The notes under the pieces were generated by a model, which saw only the letters and a list, made by a program, of their open reading frames with translations, was not told the origin of the DNA and did not search any database. Of a stretch of DNA of 64,000 bases, positions 22,558 to 32,487 are shown piece after piece. Every line of letters begins with the position of its first letter. Position 1 is the stretch's first letter. The translations under genes and the position numbers were made by a program. This stretch comes from Longimicrobiales bacterium (GTDB taxonomy: Bacteria; Gemmatimonadota; Gemmatimonadetes; Longimicrobiales; Gaopeijiaceae): positions 96,001 to 160,000 of the forward strand of contig JAWLHJ010000002.1 in NCBI GenBank assembly GCA_041690395.1. Direction: 5' to 3'.

Positions 22558-24821
22558 CGTACGGACCAGCGCCCGTCACGCCGGCCCACGACCGTGACGG
22601 TCCCGTCGCGGTCCGTCCGCCATACGTCGATGCCACGGCTCCCGAGGCTCTCGAGCACGCCCGCCGTGGGGTGACCGTAGCGGTTGCCACGCCCGGCGGA
22701 GATCAGCGCGGCACTCGGCCGGATGGCGTCCAGGAGCGCCGGATCGGTGGACGTGTCGCTTCCATGGTGTCCGACCTTCAGCACTTCGATACCGGCGGGC
22801 AAGCTGGCGGCCAGGGCGCGCTCGAGCGGCCGGTAAGCGTCGCCGGTCAGGAAGGCCTCGAACGACCCGTAGCGCGCCAGGAGCACGACCGAGGCCTCGT
22901 TGGCCTCCGGACCCGTCGCCCGCAGCGAATCCGAGGGGCTCAACACCTCGAGAACCAGGTCGCCGAGCTCCAGGCGCATCCCACTCGTCGCCCCGAGCCA
23001 CGGCACGCCGGCGGCGTCGGCCGCGGTGAGAACGTCGACGAACGCCTCCTTCCCCGCAGGGAGCGCCGGGTCGTAGACCGCGCCGACCTCGAAGGACTCG
23101 AGCACCGCGGCCGCGCCACCGATGTGATCGAGGTCCGCATGGGTGAGCACCAACGCCTCGATTCTGCGAACGCCGCGGCCGCGGAGCGCCCGCACGGCAG
23201 GGTGCGCGCCCGGATCGGGATCCCGCGAGGGCGGTCCGGCGTCCACGAGCACCCAGGCACCGTTCGGCCCACGGACGGCGATGGCGTCACCCTGACCCAC
23301 GTCGATCATGATCACCTCCACCGAGCCCCGCCCCTGCAGCGAGAGTAGCACGGGCCAGGCCGCCACCGCGGCGCATACGTACATGCCGACGAGCGCCCTC
23401 CGAGTCGCCCCGCCGACCCACGGCCGCCGGGCCGTCCAAGTGGCGACGGCCACGCCGACGAGGGTGGCCATGACGGACGTGCGTGTGGACCACACGGCGG
23501 CCCACGGCAGGGCCCCGAGCGCTTCGGCCCCACCTGCCAGCGCCGCCAGGAGCACGCCGACACCCCCAGCGAGGAAGGCGCCCAGCGAGGGCGAGAGGAA
23601 GTCCGCGGCGATGGACGCGATGGCACCGGGGAGCGCCACCGCCACAAGGGGGCCGGCGACGAGCGTGCCGGGGATGCCCACGATGGAGACCTGCTCGAAG
23701 TGCCAGGCGACGATAGGCAGCGTCGCGACCGTGGCGGCCACGCCGGACGCGACCGCGCCGACCAGGCCTTCCGGGACCCTCCCCCGCCCCGCGCGGCGGA
23801 CGAGCCCCCCGACCGGACCGGCCCAGGCGACGAGGCCGGCCGCACCCGCGAACGAGAGCTGGAAGCCCGCGGACGCGATGCGGCCGGGATCGAGGACCAG
23901 AAGCACCAGGAACGCCGAAGCGAGCGCGCCCCACCGGGCCGGCGGGCGGCCCCGGGCGCGCGACGCGGCCACGAACGCGAGGATGAGCGCCGCCCGGCAC
24001 GCAGCGTCGGGAAAGCCGATGAGCGCCACGTACGCCCAGGCCCCGGCCGCCGCGCCCACGCGTGCTCGGCGGGGCCGGACGCGGGCGAGCGCGAAGATCG
24101 CGTAGAAGAGCCCGGCGATGACCCCGACGTGGAAGCCCGAGATCGCCAGGAGGTGTGCCAGCCCGGTGCGGGCGAAGGTCTGGCGAAGCTCGGGATCGAA
24201 CCCCTCGCGCCGGGCGAGGGTCAGCGCCGCCACGAGGGGAGCGCGCTCGCCGTACAGCCCTTCGATGCGGTCCACCAGATGGTCGCGCCAGCGCACGGCG
24301 GCCCACCGGGGCGATCCGTCGTCCGCATCCGGGACCGGACGCCAGCCACCGGCCATCAGCCAGTAGGTGCGCGCGCCCTCGCGCCAGCGCCCTTCCACAC
24401 GCACGGATCGGCCGGCCGGCGCGTCCTGCGCGTCGATCACGACGGTCACCGTGCCGCACCCGTCCGAGCGTTCGAGCGGGGCCGAGCCGGCGCGGGGCGC
24501 CGCCAGGAAGCGCCCCTCCAGCAGCGCGGGAGCGCCTGCACGGGGCTGCGGACATGCTCCGGCCGCCATGGCCGCGCGTGCCGAGAGCGCGCCGACGAGC
24601 ACGACCGCGGGCCAGAGCACACCTGCGCTCGGTGACGCGCAAACGCCTGCGCGCACAGGCTTCGGGGATACCCTGATGGGCCCGAGGAATGCTGCGATGG
24701 GCCGTACCAGGAAGGGAGACACCACGAGCGGCAGGAGCCAGAACGGCGCGCCGAACACGGTCCAGGCGGCCCCCGCGCCAAACGCGACGGCCAGCCTCAC
24801 CACGGGGGGAGCGTGCCGCAC
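22554..24821 (-). CDS. comEC: DNA internalization competence protein ComEC/Rec2
   Basis: HLLAISGFH competence-domain motif, GFQLSF, and an MBL-fold DVGQGD / THADLDHIGG / KVGHHGS / NRYGHP. Confidence 0.92.
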   Translation of the reverse strand: MRHAPPVVRLAVAFGAGAAWTVFGAPFWLLPLVVSPFLVRPIAAFLGPIRVSPKPVRAGVCASPSAGVLWPAVVLVGALSARAAMAAGACPQPRAGAPALLEGRFLAAPRAGSAPLERSDGCGTVTVVIDAQDAPAGRSVRVEGRWREGARTYWLMAGGWRPVPDADDGSPRWAAVRWRDHLVDRIEGLYGERAPLVAALTLARREGFDPELRQTFARTGLAHLLAISGFHVGVIAGLFYAIFALARVRPRRARVGAAAGAWAYVALIGFPDAACRAALILAFVAASRARGRPPARWGALASAFLVLLVLDPGRIASAGFQLSFAGAAGLVAWAGPVGGLVRRAGRGRVPEGLVGAVASGVAATVATLPIVAWHFEQVSIVGIPGTLVAGPLVAVALPGAIASIAADFLSPSLGAFLAGGVGVLLAALAGGAEALGALPWAAVWSTRTSVMATLVGVAVATWTARRPWVGGATRRALVGMYVCAAVAAWPVLLSLQGRGSVEVIMIDVGQGDAIAVRGPNGAWVLVDAGPPSRDPDPGAHPAVRALRGRGVRRIEALVLTHADLDHIGGAAAVLESFEVGAVYDPALPAGKEAFVDVLTAADAAGVPWLGATSGMRLELGDLVLEVLSPSDSLRATGPEANEASVVLLARYGSFEAFLTGDAYRPLERALAASLPAGIEVLKVGHHGSDTSTDPALLDAIRPSAALISAGRGNRYGHPTAGVLESLGSRGIDVWRTDRDGTVTVVGRRDGRWSVR

Positions 24822-24853
24822 CTCGGCTCAGCTCCGCCCGGGATCCCCTGGGG

Positions 24854-25171
24854 TCAGTCCACCTCCGTGTGGGTCTCCTCGAACAAGTCCTGCTGGCTAC
24901 GGTCCACGAAGCGCTCCCGCTCCTCCCTGGCCTCGTCCACGAGTCGGGCCCGCAGAATGCTCCGTACCTTCAGATCGGAGCGGATACCCGCGACGAGCAT
25001 GATCAGCATGCCGGCGATGACACTCCCGAACGCCACCACCGTGAGCGGGATGCCGTAGAAGGTCGCGACGCCGAGCCGGAGGGTGACCCGCTGTCCCGAG
25101 TTGAGCGACGCGAACCCCATGGAGAGGAACAGGACCACGAGGACCCCGAGCGCGCTCACGAGGCGGCTCAC
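24854..25171 (-). CDS. LapA (DUF1049)-like small membrane protein
   Basis: Two TM helices with FASLN-x-x-VTLRL between them, followed by a charged tail. Confidence 0.6.
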   Translation of the reverse strand: MSRLVSALGVLVVLFLSMGFASLNSGQRVTLRLGVATFYGIPLTVVAFGSVIAGMLIMLVAGIRSDLKVRSILRARLVDEAREERERFVDRSQQDLFEETHTEVD

Positions 25172-26619
25172 GGCGTGGCCATCACCGCGCTTCTGGCCAC
25201 CTCCCGGCCGGCGAAGGTCGCACCGGTCGTGCGCTCCAGCTCCGCGTGCGTGTAGGCACCCACCCGGTCCACGTCACCATCGAACACCACGACCTTGTTG
25301 CGGCGGGTCCGCCCCAGGACCTGACCGGGGTCCCTGGCCGCCTTCTCGATCAGGACCTCCTCGACGCGCCCCACCTCGGTTCGGTTGATCTCCGTCTGGA
25401 TGCCCCGCGACACCTCGATCAACTCGGCGAGGCGGGCCTGTCCCTCTTCGGGATCGATGAAGTCGTCCTCGGGAAGCCTGGTAGCCGGCGTCCCGTCCCG
25501 AGGCGAATACCGATAGGTGAACGCCTCGTCGAAGCGTACCGTCCGCATCAGATCGAGCGTGGCTCGGAACTCCGCCTCGGTCTCACCCGGAAACGCCACG
25601 ATGATGTCCGTCGACAGCGCGATGTCGGGGACCTGGTCCCGGACCATGCGCACCTTCTCCAGGAAGGACTCGACCGTGTAGCGGCGCAGCATGCGCTTGA
25701 GCGTCCGGTCGCTCCCGGACTGGGCAGGAAGGTGCAGCTGCTCGCAGACGGCCGGCTCGGTCGCCATTACCTCCACGAGCTCGGGGGTGACGTCGTTCGG
25801 GTGGGGCGAGGTGAACCGGACCCGCCGGATCCCGTCCACCCGGGCCACCGCGCGGAGCAGGCGCGGGAAGCTCCAGTCGCCGTGCTCGTAGGAGTTCACG
25901 GTCTGTCCGAGGAGCGTCACCTCCGTGACGCCGCGCTCCACGAGACCCCGGACCTCCTGCAGGATGACGTCTGCCGCGCGGTTCTTCTCTCCGCCCCGGA
26001 CGTACGGCACGATGCAGTAGGTACAGCGGTGGTCGCAGCCACGCTGGATCGGGATCCAGGCACTCGGGCCCTCGGAGCGGAGCTGCTCGAGCCCTTCGTA
26101 GTTCTCACCCATGTTCAGGTCGAGCACGGTGAGTTGGCGCGCCCGCTTCGCCGTCCCTCCGGCGATGGGGGGCGAGTCCGTCGCCGGGTTTCCGACCGGC
26201 GCCCCCGCCGCCACCTCGGAGTCATCCCCGCCGTCGACCCCCGGACCGGGCCGTAGCCGCCCGAGCGCGTCCGGAAGGCTGCGGTATCCGTCGGGCCCCA
26301 TCACCAGGTCGACATAGGGCGCGTCCTCGAGCAGCTTGTCCCCCAGTCTCTGGGCCATGCAGCCGGTCACGCCGATCACCAGGTCCGGACGGTCGCGACG
26401 CAGCCCGTTCAGCTGGGCCACGCGGCCGAGCACGCGCTGCTCGGCGTGCTCGCGGATCGCGCAGGTGTTGACCAGGACGACGTCGGCTTCCTCCGGGGTC
26501 CCCACGATACGGTATCCGCCGTCCGTGAGAACGCCCTGCATCAGCTCGCCGTCGCTGATGTTCATCTGGCAGCCGTACGTCTCCACGTACGCGCGCTTCT
26601 TCGTCGCTGTCGTGCTCAT
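25168..26619 (-). CDS. miaB: tRNA i6A37 methylthiotransferase MiaB
   Basis: TYGCQMN, NTCAIRE, GCMAQ, the radical SAM CDHRCTYC motif, FTSPHP and a TRAM domain. Confidence 0.95.
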   Translation of the reverse strand: MSTTATKKRAYVETYGCQMNISDGELMQGVLTDGGYRIVGTPEEADVVLVNTCAIREHAEQRVLGRVAQLNGLRRDRPDLVIGVTGCMAQRLGDKLLEDAPYVDLVMGPDGYRSLPDALGRLRPGPGVDGGDDSEVAAGAPVGNPATDSPPIAGGTAKRARQLTVLDLNMGENYEGLEQLRSEGPSAWIPIQRGCDHRCTYCIVPYVRGGEKNRAADVILQEVRGLVERGVTEVTLLGQTVNSYEHGDWSFPRLLRAVARVDGIRRVRFTSPHPNDVTPELVEVMATEPAVCEQLHLPAQSGSDRTLKRMLRRYTVESFLEKVRMVRDQVPDIALSTDIIVAFPGETEAEFRATLDLMRTVRFDEAFTYRYSPRDGTPATRLPEDDFIDPEEGQARLAELIEVSRGIQTEINRTEVGRVEEVLIEKAARDPGQVLGRTRRNKVVVFDGDVDRVGAYTHAELERTTGATFAGREVARSAVMATP

Positions 26620-27929
26620 GCCTGAATTCGCAACCGGGTTCGGGGCGCCGCAATATACAGATGGTCCGCGTCTCCCCGCAGGGTCCCCTCGACGAAGAGC
26701 GCGTCGTCGGACGGCGCGGGACCGGAAAGGTCGACCCGCAGGTAATCCTCCGTCAGCCCGCTGAGCCCGGCCCCCTCGGGGGCGACGAGCGCCGAGCTGC
26801 CGACCCTCCCCTCCCGGTACGTGGCCGCCTTCCGGTGGGCGAGGTCGCGGAGCTCGCGCGCGCGCTCACCGGCCACGCGCTGCGGAACCGGCATCTCGTG
26901 GGCCAGGTCGGCCGCGACGGTGCCCGAGCGGGGCGAGAACGGGAAGACGTGCAGGTAGGTGAACGGAAGCTCGGCCACGAGCGCGCGCGTATCCTCATGG
27001 TCCTCCTGCGTCTCACCGGGGAACCCCGTGATCACGTCCGCGCCGAGCCCGAGGGGATACACGCGCTCCGCGATCTCCAGCGCCCGGGCCCGGTACTGCT
27101 CACGGGTGTGCCAACGTCGCATGCGCCGGAGCACGGCATCCGCGCCGCTCTGGAGCGGCATGTGCAGGTGGGGCGCGAGGCGCCCTCCGGACGTCGCGAG
27201 CAGTTCGAGGAGCAGGTCGTCGATCTCGGTCGCTTCGACGCTGCCCAGCCGGAAGCGGACATCGGGCATACGCTCGAGCAGCAGGGCCACGAGACGCCCC
27301 AGGCTCCAGCCCGGCTCGAGATCCAGCCCGTAGTGTCCGATGTGGATGCCCGTGACGACCAGCTCACCGTGCGCGCGGGCGAGAACGAGCGCCTCGGCCA
27401 CGACCTCCTCGGGATCGCGCGAGCGCGACGCGCCGCGCGCCAGGCGGGTCGCGCAGAACGAGCATTTCCGGTCGCAGCCGTCCTGGACCTTGAGCCAGCC
27501 GCGCGTTGCGCCGCGTCGCTCGCGCAGCAGCTCCGCCCCGATCGGCTCGGTGTCCACCCGGTCGAGAGAGGTCGCCAGCTCCAGCCGCACGAGGTCTCGG
27601 CCGCCGACGCCTTCCGCCACGGCGACCGGATCGTGCCCCCGAACGACCGCCGTCACGCCGTCGAGCTCCTCGTAGGCGTTGGTGTGCAGCGCGGCGGAGC
27701 AGCCGGCCACGACCACGCGTGCCTCGGGCTGCTCGCGACGGACCCGGCGGATGAAGCGGCGCGCCTCGGCGTCCGCCTGGTTCGTGACCGTGCACGTATT
27801 CACGACCACGACGTCGGCGCCATCGCGCTGGTCGGAGGTGAGGGCACCGCGTCCCTCGAGCTCCTGGCGCATCCGCTCGGTGTCGTACTGATTCGCCTTG
27901 CAGCCGAACGTGTGGTAGTGGACACGCAT
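26616..27929 (-). CDS. mtaB: tRNA t6A37 methylthiotransferase MtaB
   Basis: TFGCKANQYD, NTCTVT, KVQDGCDRKCSFC, TGIHIG and HVFPFSPR motifs. Confidence 0.88.
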   Translation of the reverse strand: MRVHYHTFGCKANQYDTERMRQELEGRGALTSDQRDGADVVVVNTCTVTNQADAEARRFIRRVRREQPEARVVVAGCSAALHTNAYEELDGVTAVVRGHDPVAVAEGVGGRDLVRLELATSLDRVDTEPIGAELLRERRGATRGWLKVQDGCDRKCSFCATRLARGASRSRDPEEVVAEALVLARAHGELVVTGIHIGHYGLDLEPGWSLGRLVALLLERMPDVRFRLGSVEATEIDDLLLELLATSGGRLAPHLHMPLQSGADAVLRRMRRWHTREQYRARALEIAERVYPLGLGADVITGFPGETQEDHEDTRALVAELPFTYLHVFPFSPRSGTVAADLAHEMPVPQRVAGERARELRDLAHRKAATYREGRVGSSALVAPEGAGLSGLTEDYLRVDLSGPAPSDDALFVEGTLRGDADHLYIAAPRTRLRIQA

Positions 27930-27979
27930 GGGAGGCCGAGGCGAAGGGAGAGTGAAGCCGCTGTAAACCGGCGACGGGA

Positions 27980-29152
27980 CTAGAAGCCGGCGACGCGGAT
28001 CGCGCCGGTGGCGCGCCAGAACCGTTCCGTGAACGAGCCGGAGATGCGCTCTCCACGCTCGAGCGCGAGGTCCACACCCGCGAGGGTCACGCCGTTGGTC
28101 TCGTTGAGCGCGAACCCGAGCCCGCCGGTGAAGACGCGCTCGTAGCCCGACGCATCGGTCCCGGCGCCGAACGGCAGACCGGTCCGGCGATACCCGACCC
28201 TGAGCGGCGCGCTCCGGCCCAGGAACCGGACGCGGGACAGCTCGAGGCCCACCCCGTATCCGCTCGCGTCACCGACCGGGACGGTCGTGGTGAAATCGTC
28301 CTGCATGTCCGACCAGTCGGCCTGCACCGCGCTCGCCACGACGAGGAGCCCGGGCGCCAGCACCGCGCTCGCACCGACACGGAGCTCGAGCGGCAAATCG
28401 TAGGAGCGATCGCCGCCGGGCGTTCCCGACGTCGCGCTCGCCTCCAGCGAGCTCGACCATCGCACGCTCCCGGCCATCTGGACCACGCCCCGGATGTCGG
28501 CCGAGGCACCCGCGGTCACCGACGTGCCGGCATACCCCCAGCGCCCCTGCGTCGCGAACAGCTCTGCGCCTTCGAGATCGAGGTCGCCGAAATCCCGCGT
28601 AAGCGTGCGCGTCACCGAACCGGTGTAGCGGCCGAGCGCGACCCCCACGGACAGGCCCGGCGCGATGCCCCGGGCGAAGCCGATGGACGCGCTGGAGACG
28701 CCCCCTTCTTGGAGGAAGTTGTCCATCAGGTCGTAGGAGGTGCCACCCAGATCGACCGTGACGAGCCGTTCGCTGCTGAATCCCTGATCGAGCACCGAGC
28801 CGAAGTGGATCGTTCCCATCCCGCCGAGCAGCGGATACGCGATCCCGAGGAGGGGAAAGCGGGTCCCCTTGAAATCGCCGGCCGGCACGCCGTCCTGGCT
28901 CATCTCGACCCAGCTCGGCTGCGCGACCATCACGGCGCTGGCGAACCCGAGGCCGGCGGCGGCGGCCGGGTCCACCGGCGAGATCGAGCCACCACGCAGA
29001 CCGATGCCGACGCTGCCGAGTGCCCGACTCCGCCCGTCGATCGCCTCGATCTGGCGACCGAGGCCCGTGGAGTTGAACACCGATTGGCTTTGAACGGCCG
29101 TGGGGGTCAGGGCGAGTGCCGTCAGCGCGAGCAGACGCAGAGCGTTCTTCAT
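27980..29152 (-). CDS. Putative outer-membrane beta-barrel protein (FadL/PorV-like)
   Basis: Signal peptide, RALGSVG...DPAA N-terminal motif, alternating amphipathic strands and a C-terminal Phe. Confidence 0.6.
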   Translation of the reverse strand: MKNALRLLALTALALTPTAVQSQSVFNSTGLGRQIEAIDGRSRALGSVGIGLRGGSISPVDPAAAAGLGFASAVMVAQPSWVEMSQDGVPAGDFKGTRFPLLGIAYPLLGGMGTIHFGSVLDQGFSSERLVTVDLGGTSYDLMDNFLQEGGVSSASIGFARGIAPGLSVGVALGRYTGSVTRTLTRDFGDLDLEGAELFATQGRWGYAGTSVTAGASADIRGVVQMAGSVRWSSSLEASATSGTPGGDRSYDLPLELRVGASAVLAPGLLVVASAVQADWSDMQDDFTTTVPVGDASGYGVGLELSRVRFLGRSAPLRVGYRRTGLPFGAGTDASGYERVFTGGLGFALNETNGVTLAGVDLALERGERISGSFTERFWRATGAIRVAGF

Positions 29153-30480
29153 GGGAGCTCCACCGAGGGTCCGACCGTCACGATCAGCTTGAGGACCGGC
29201 GCGAAGCCGGTACCCGGGCCATAAAACGATCCGTAGGCGATCGAAAGCGGCTCGAAGGGAGACAGGAGGGCGAGCGTGTTCGGGTAGGGTAGCCCGGTGG
29301 TCGGGTCGATCCCGCGGAGGATGTTCCGAACCAGCGAGGTCACGGGCATCTCGACCTGGGCCCCCGCCTGATCGCCGAAGTAGGAGGCCGGCAAACGGCG
29401 TCCGAGCGAGCCGACGACCGGTGCACCGAGCGGCGCCTTCGGCAGTGCCGTCCGGCTCAGAACGGCGCGCGCGTCCACCCCGAGCGTGTCGAGGGGTTGG
29501 AAAGCGCCCTCGGTCTGCCGGGTGGTGAGCACCACGGAGGCGTAGCTGATCTGACCCGGCTCGAGCGTCACCGGACAGCCGGCGGCGGCGCACAGCTCCG
29601 CGGGACCGTTGAGCTGGGTGGGGACGCCGAGGTCCATGACGGTGCGCCAGGCGGGAGCGCCGCCGACGCGCATCCCGTCGGCGGGCGCCGCGGGAGCCGG
29701 ATCGTAGATGAACGTGACTTCCGGCTGGGTCGCCGAAACCGTGACGAGCGTGTCCGGATTCACGCTCGGACGAGCCGTGAGCCGGAGCGCCACCGAGCGG
29801 ACGTCCAGCCGATGTCCCTCGGTGAGCAGGTCCAACCTGGCGCCGAGCGCCAACGCAGCATCGTCGTCCCAGGCCGCGACCTGCGCCGAGTCGAGGGCGA
29901 ACGAAACCGAGTCTCCGGCAGCCGGGTCCCAGGTGACCGTGTCGATCGGCGCCACGGTTCCACCCCCCGGCTGACTCCACGCGACACGGCTCCCCACGGT
30001 ATCCACCGCGTCCGTCCAGGTGGCCGACCGGCGGTGCCACGCTTCGTCCATGAAGCCCAGCGTGAGCGAAACCGGGGTCTCGGCCGTGCTCGCCGACCGC
30101 GAGAAGAGCGCGACCAACCGTCCCTCCACGAACGTCAGGTCCGTGTCGGTCACGGTCGTGCCCGTCGTGTCCCGCACGGAGGCCGACGTCGGCAGGGCTC
30201 CGAAACGGAGGAGCGTACGCGCGTTCAGCGAGCCACCGTAGACGTTGGCCAGAACACCGGTCCCGAGATCACCCGGAGTGCCGTAGCCGCCGAACACCTC
30301 CAGATTCGAGCCGAAGTCCTCCCACGGGATCTCGATCTGGAGCGTGACGGGCGCGCCGGGGAGCACCTCTTCACCGATGGAAGTGGGCGTCTCGTCCCCG
30401 CAGGCCGTCACGACCAGCGCGGCCGCGGCGAGGAGAACCCCCACACGCGTCCCGATCCGTCTATCGTTCGAACGTATCAC
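29149..30480 (-). CDS. Hypothetical lipoprotein
   Basis: VTAC lipobox after a hydrophobic stretch; beta-rich sequence; GTGA and ATGA overlaps with its neighbours. Confidence 0.7.
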   Translation of the reverse strand: MIRSNDRRIGTRVGVLLAAAALVVTACGDETPTSIGEEVLPGAPVTLQIEIPWEDFGSNLEVFGGYGTPGDLGTGVLANVYGGSLNARTLLRFGALPTSASVRDTTGTTVTDTDLTFVEGRLVALFSRSASTAETPVSLTLGFMDEAWHRRSATWTDAVDTVGSRVAWSQPGGGTVAPIDTVTWDPAAGDSVSFALDSAQVAAWDDDAALALGARLDLLTEGHRLDVRSVALRLTARPSVNPDTLVTVSATQPEVTFIYDPAPAAPADGMRVGGAPAWRTVMDLGVPTQLNGPAELCAAAGCPVTLEPGQISYASVVLTTRQTEGAFQPLDTLGVDARAVLSRTALPKAPLGAPVVGSLGRRLPASYFGDQAGAQVEMPVTSLVRNILRGIDPTTGLPYPNTLALLSPFEPLSIAYGSFYGPGTGFAPVLKLIVTVGPSVELP

Positions 30481-30893
30481 GTACCCTTCTCGTTTGTTCT
30501 CGACAGCCAACCCGGCGAGCGCCCGAAGCGTTCGGGCATCAGCTCGCTCAACGACCACTCGACGTGCGTCCCACCCCCGCCCGAGATCACCCGGAGCTCG
30601 GGAGCGAACTCGGAAAGTACCTGAAGGCACGCGCCACAAGGAGGGACCGGCTCCGCGGCCTCCGTCACCAGCGCCAGAGCCTCGAAGCTCCGCCGGCCGG
30701 CGGCCACCGCGCCGAACACCGCCACGCGCTCGGCGCAGACGGTGAGCCCGAACGACGCATTCTCGACGTTGCACCCCGTCCAAACGGTTCCGTCGGAGGC
30801 CAGCAACGCCGCGCCCACGGTGAACCGCGAGTACGGGGCGTAGGCCGACGACATCGCCTCGCGGGCCACGTCGAGGAGACGCTCAGCCTCCAT
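30477..30893 (-). CDS. cdd: Cytidine deaminase
   Basis: YAPYSRF, GCNVENA, CAER and PPCGAC zinc motifs. Confidence 0.95.
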   Translation of the reverse strand: MEAERLLDVAREAMSSAYAPYSRFTVGAALLASDGTVWTGCNVENASFGLTVCAERVAVFGAVAAGRRSFEALALVTEAAEPVPPCGACLQVLSEFAPELRVISGGGGTHVEWSLSELMPERFGRSPGWLSRTNEKGT

Positions 30894-32037
30894 CCTTCCC
30901 CTTCCCCTCCCACACCCGCGGAAGCCGCGTCGTGAAGCCGGTCAACACCTCGTAGGAGATGGTGCCGGCCACCTCGGCGACCTCGTCGAGCGTGATCTCT
31001 TCGGCGCCGTCCCGCCCGATGAGCGTGGCGACGTCGCCGACCCCTACCCCGGCCAGGCCGGTGATGTTCACGACCGTGACATCCATCGAGATACGCCCCA
31101 CGATCGCGGCCCGCCGGCCCCGGATCAGCACGTGTCCGCGGTTGCCCAGGGCCCGGGGAAGCCCGTCCCCATAACCGATCGACAACGTGGCCCAGCGCTC
31201 GGTCCCCCCGGCCGTGTGCGTCGCGCCGTACCCCACCGTCGTCCCGGGTCGGGCGTCACGCACGTGGACCACGCGGGCGTACAGCGACACGACCGGGTCG
31301 GGCGCGGGCACGTCGGAGCCGCATCGTCCACCGTAGAGGAAGATACCCGGGCGCACGAGGTCACCGGCCAGCCCCGGCTCATGGAGAACGCCCGCGCTGT
31401 TCAACATGTGACGAAGCACGCGGGGTCGGTCCTCGCCCGGCCCGCACCCGTCGCCGATCTGCGCGGTCCACGAGGCGAAGCGCTCCGCCTGCCGCCGAAC
31501 GCTCTCGGGGTCGTCTTCCGCCGAGTGCAGGTGGGTGAAGACGCCGACCCAGCGCACGGAGCCCGCCGCGGCGGCCCGGAAGCGATCCAGCCAGACGGCC
31601 CCCTCTCGCCAGTCTACACCCGAGCGTCCCATCCCCGTGTCGACGTCCAGATGTACGTCCGCGACCAGGGCCGCCCGCTCCGCCGCGGCGGAGACCTCCC
31701 GCAGCGCGTCCAGGCTCCCGACCGAGAGCGCCAGACCGGCCTCGACCGCCGCTTCGAGCTCGATGTGGGGCGCCGGGCTGAGCACGACGACCGGTCCGTC
31801 CACGCCCAGCTGTCTGAGGCGGAGGCCTTCGGCGACCGTCGCCACTCCGAAGCCCCAGACACCGGCCGTCCGGAGCGTCTCGACGACACCTGGCATGCCG
31901 AGTCCGTACGCGTCGGCCTTCACCATCGGCAGGACGCGGACACCGGGGTCGAGCTCGGAGCGGAGCCGGGCGAGGTTGGCGAGCAGCGCGTCGGCGCGCA
32001 CGTCGAGCCAGGACCGGCCTTTCGGGTTCGTTGACAT
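30883..32037 (-). CDS. alr: Alanine racemase
   Basis: VKADAYG (PLP Lys), DTGMGR, VRPGIFLYG, GYGDG, GRISMD and TISYE motifs. Confidence 0.96.
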   Translation of the reverse strand: MSTNPKGRSWLDVRADALLANLARLRSELDPGVRVLPMVKADAYGLGMPGVVETLRTAGVWGFGVATVAEGLRLRQLGVDGPVVVLSPAPHIELEAAVEAGLALSVGSLDALREVSAAAERAALVADVHLDVDTGMGRSGVDWREGAVWLDRFRAAAAGSVRWVGVFTHLHSAEDDPESVRRQAERFASWTAQIGDGCGPGEDRPRVLRHMLNSAGVLHEPGLAGDLVRPGIFLYGGRCGSDVPAPDPVVSLYARVVHVRDARPGTTVGYGATHTAGGTERWATLSIGYGDGLPRALGNRGHVLIRGRRAAIVGRISMDVTVVNITGLAGVGVGDVATLIGRDGAEEITLDEVAEVAGTISYEVLTGFTTRLPRVWEGKGKDGG

Positions 32038-32082
32038 GAGCGGTGAAAGATGCCAAGAAGAGGGCCCCCGGACGACCCCCGA

Positions 32083-32476
32083 CTAGCAGGTCGCTGAAAA
32101 AGGGGAGTACCCCGCGCGACCCACGCCTGCGGCGCGGGTGCCCCAGGCTTTCGCTGGTCAGGCAAGGAACGACGACGAGTCGTAGCAGAGCGGGCACCGC
32201 GGCCGAAGGCCGTGGTCCGAGCGAGGAGTGACGCCGCATCACCAGCGAAATCCTCATGCGCCCAACGATTGGACTGACATGACCTTACGAGTTCGGGGGT
32301 TGGGGCGGCACGGCCCCGACTCCTGCGTTGAAGCTCCTCGGACCACGGCCTTCGGCCGCGGTGCCCGCTTTAGCTATGGCGTCGTCACTCCGCCTTGGAG
32401 GCGGGGCCGTGGCGCTCCCGGGGCACCCGTGCGAAGCATGGGTCCGGGGTGCTCCCCTTTTTCAGCGACCTGCTAG
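32083..32476. mobile_element. Non-coding palindromic MITE/REP-like element with terminal inverted repeats and CTAG flanks
   Basis: CTAGCAGGTCGCTGAAAAAGGGGAG at 32083-32107 is a perfect inverted repeat of 32452-32476 and continues imperfectly for about 60 bp. There is an inner perfect 33 bp inverted repeat (32189-32221 / 32337-32369). No transposase ORF. Confidence 0.8.
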
Positions 32477-32487
32477 AGCCGCCCCGC

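Noticed and set aside
32043..32476. Small ORFs inside the palindromic element, and the N-terminal extension of mazG from 32395
   Set aside because: They are translations of the inverted repeats (GVLPFFSDLL appears on both strands) and have no transposase motifs.
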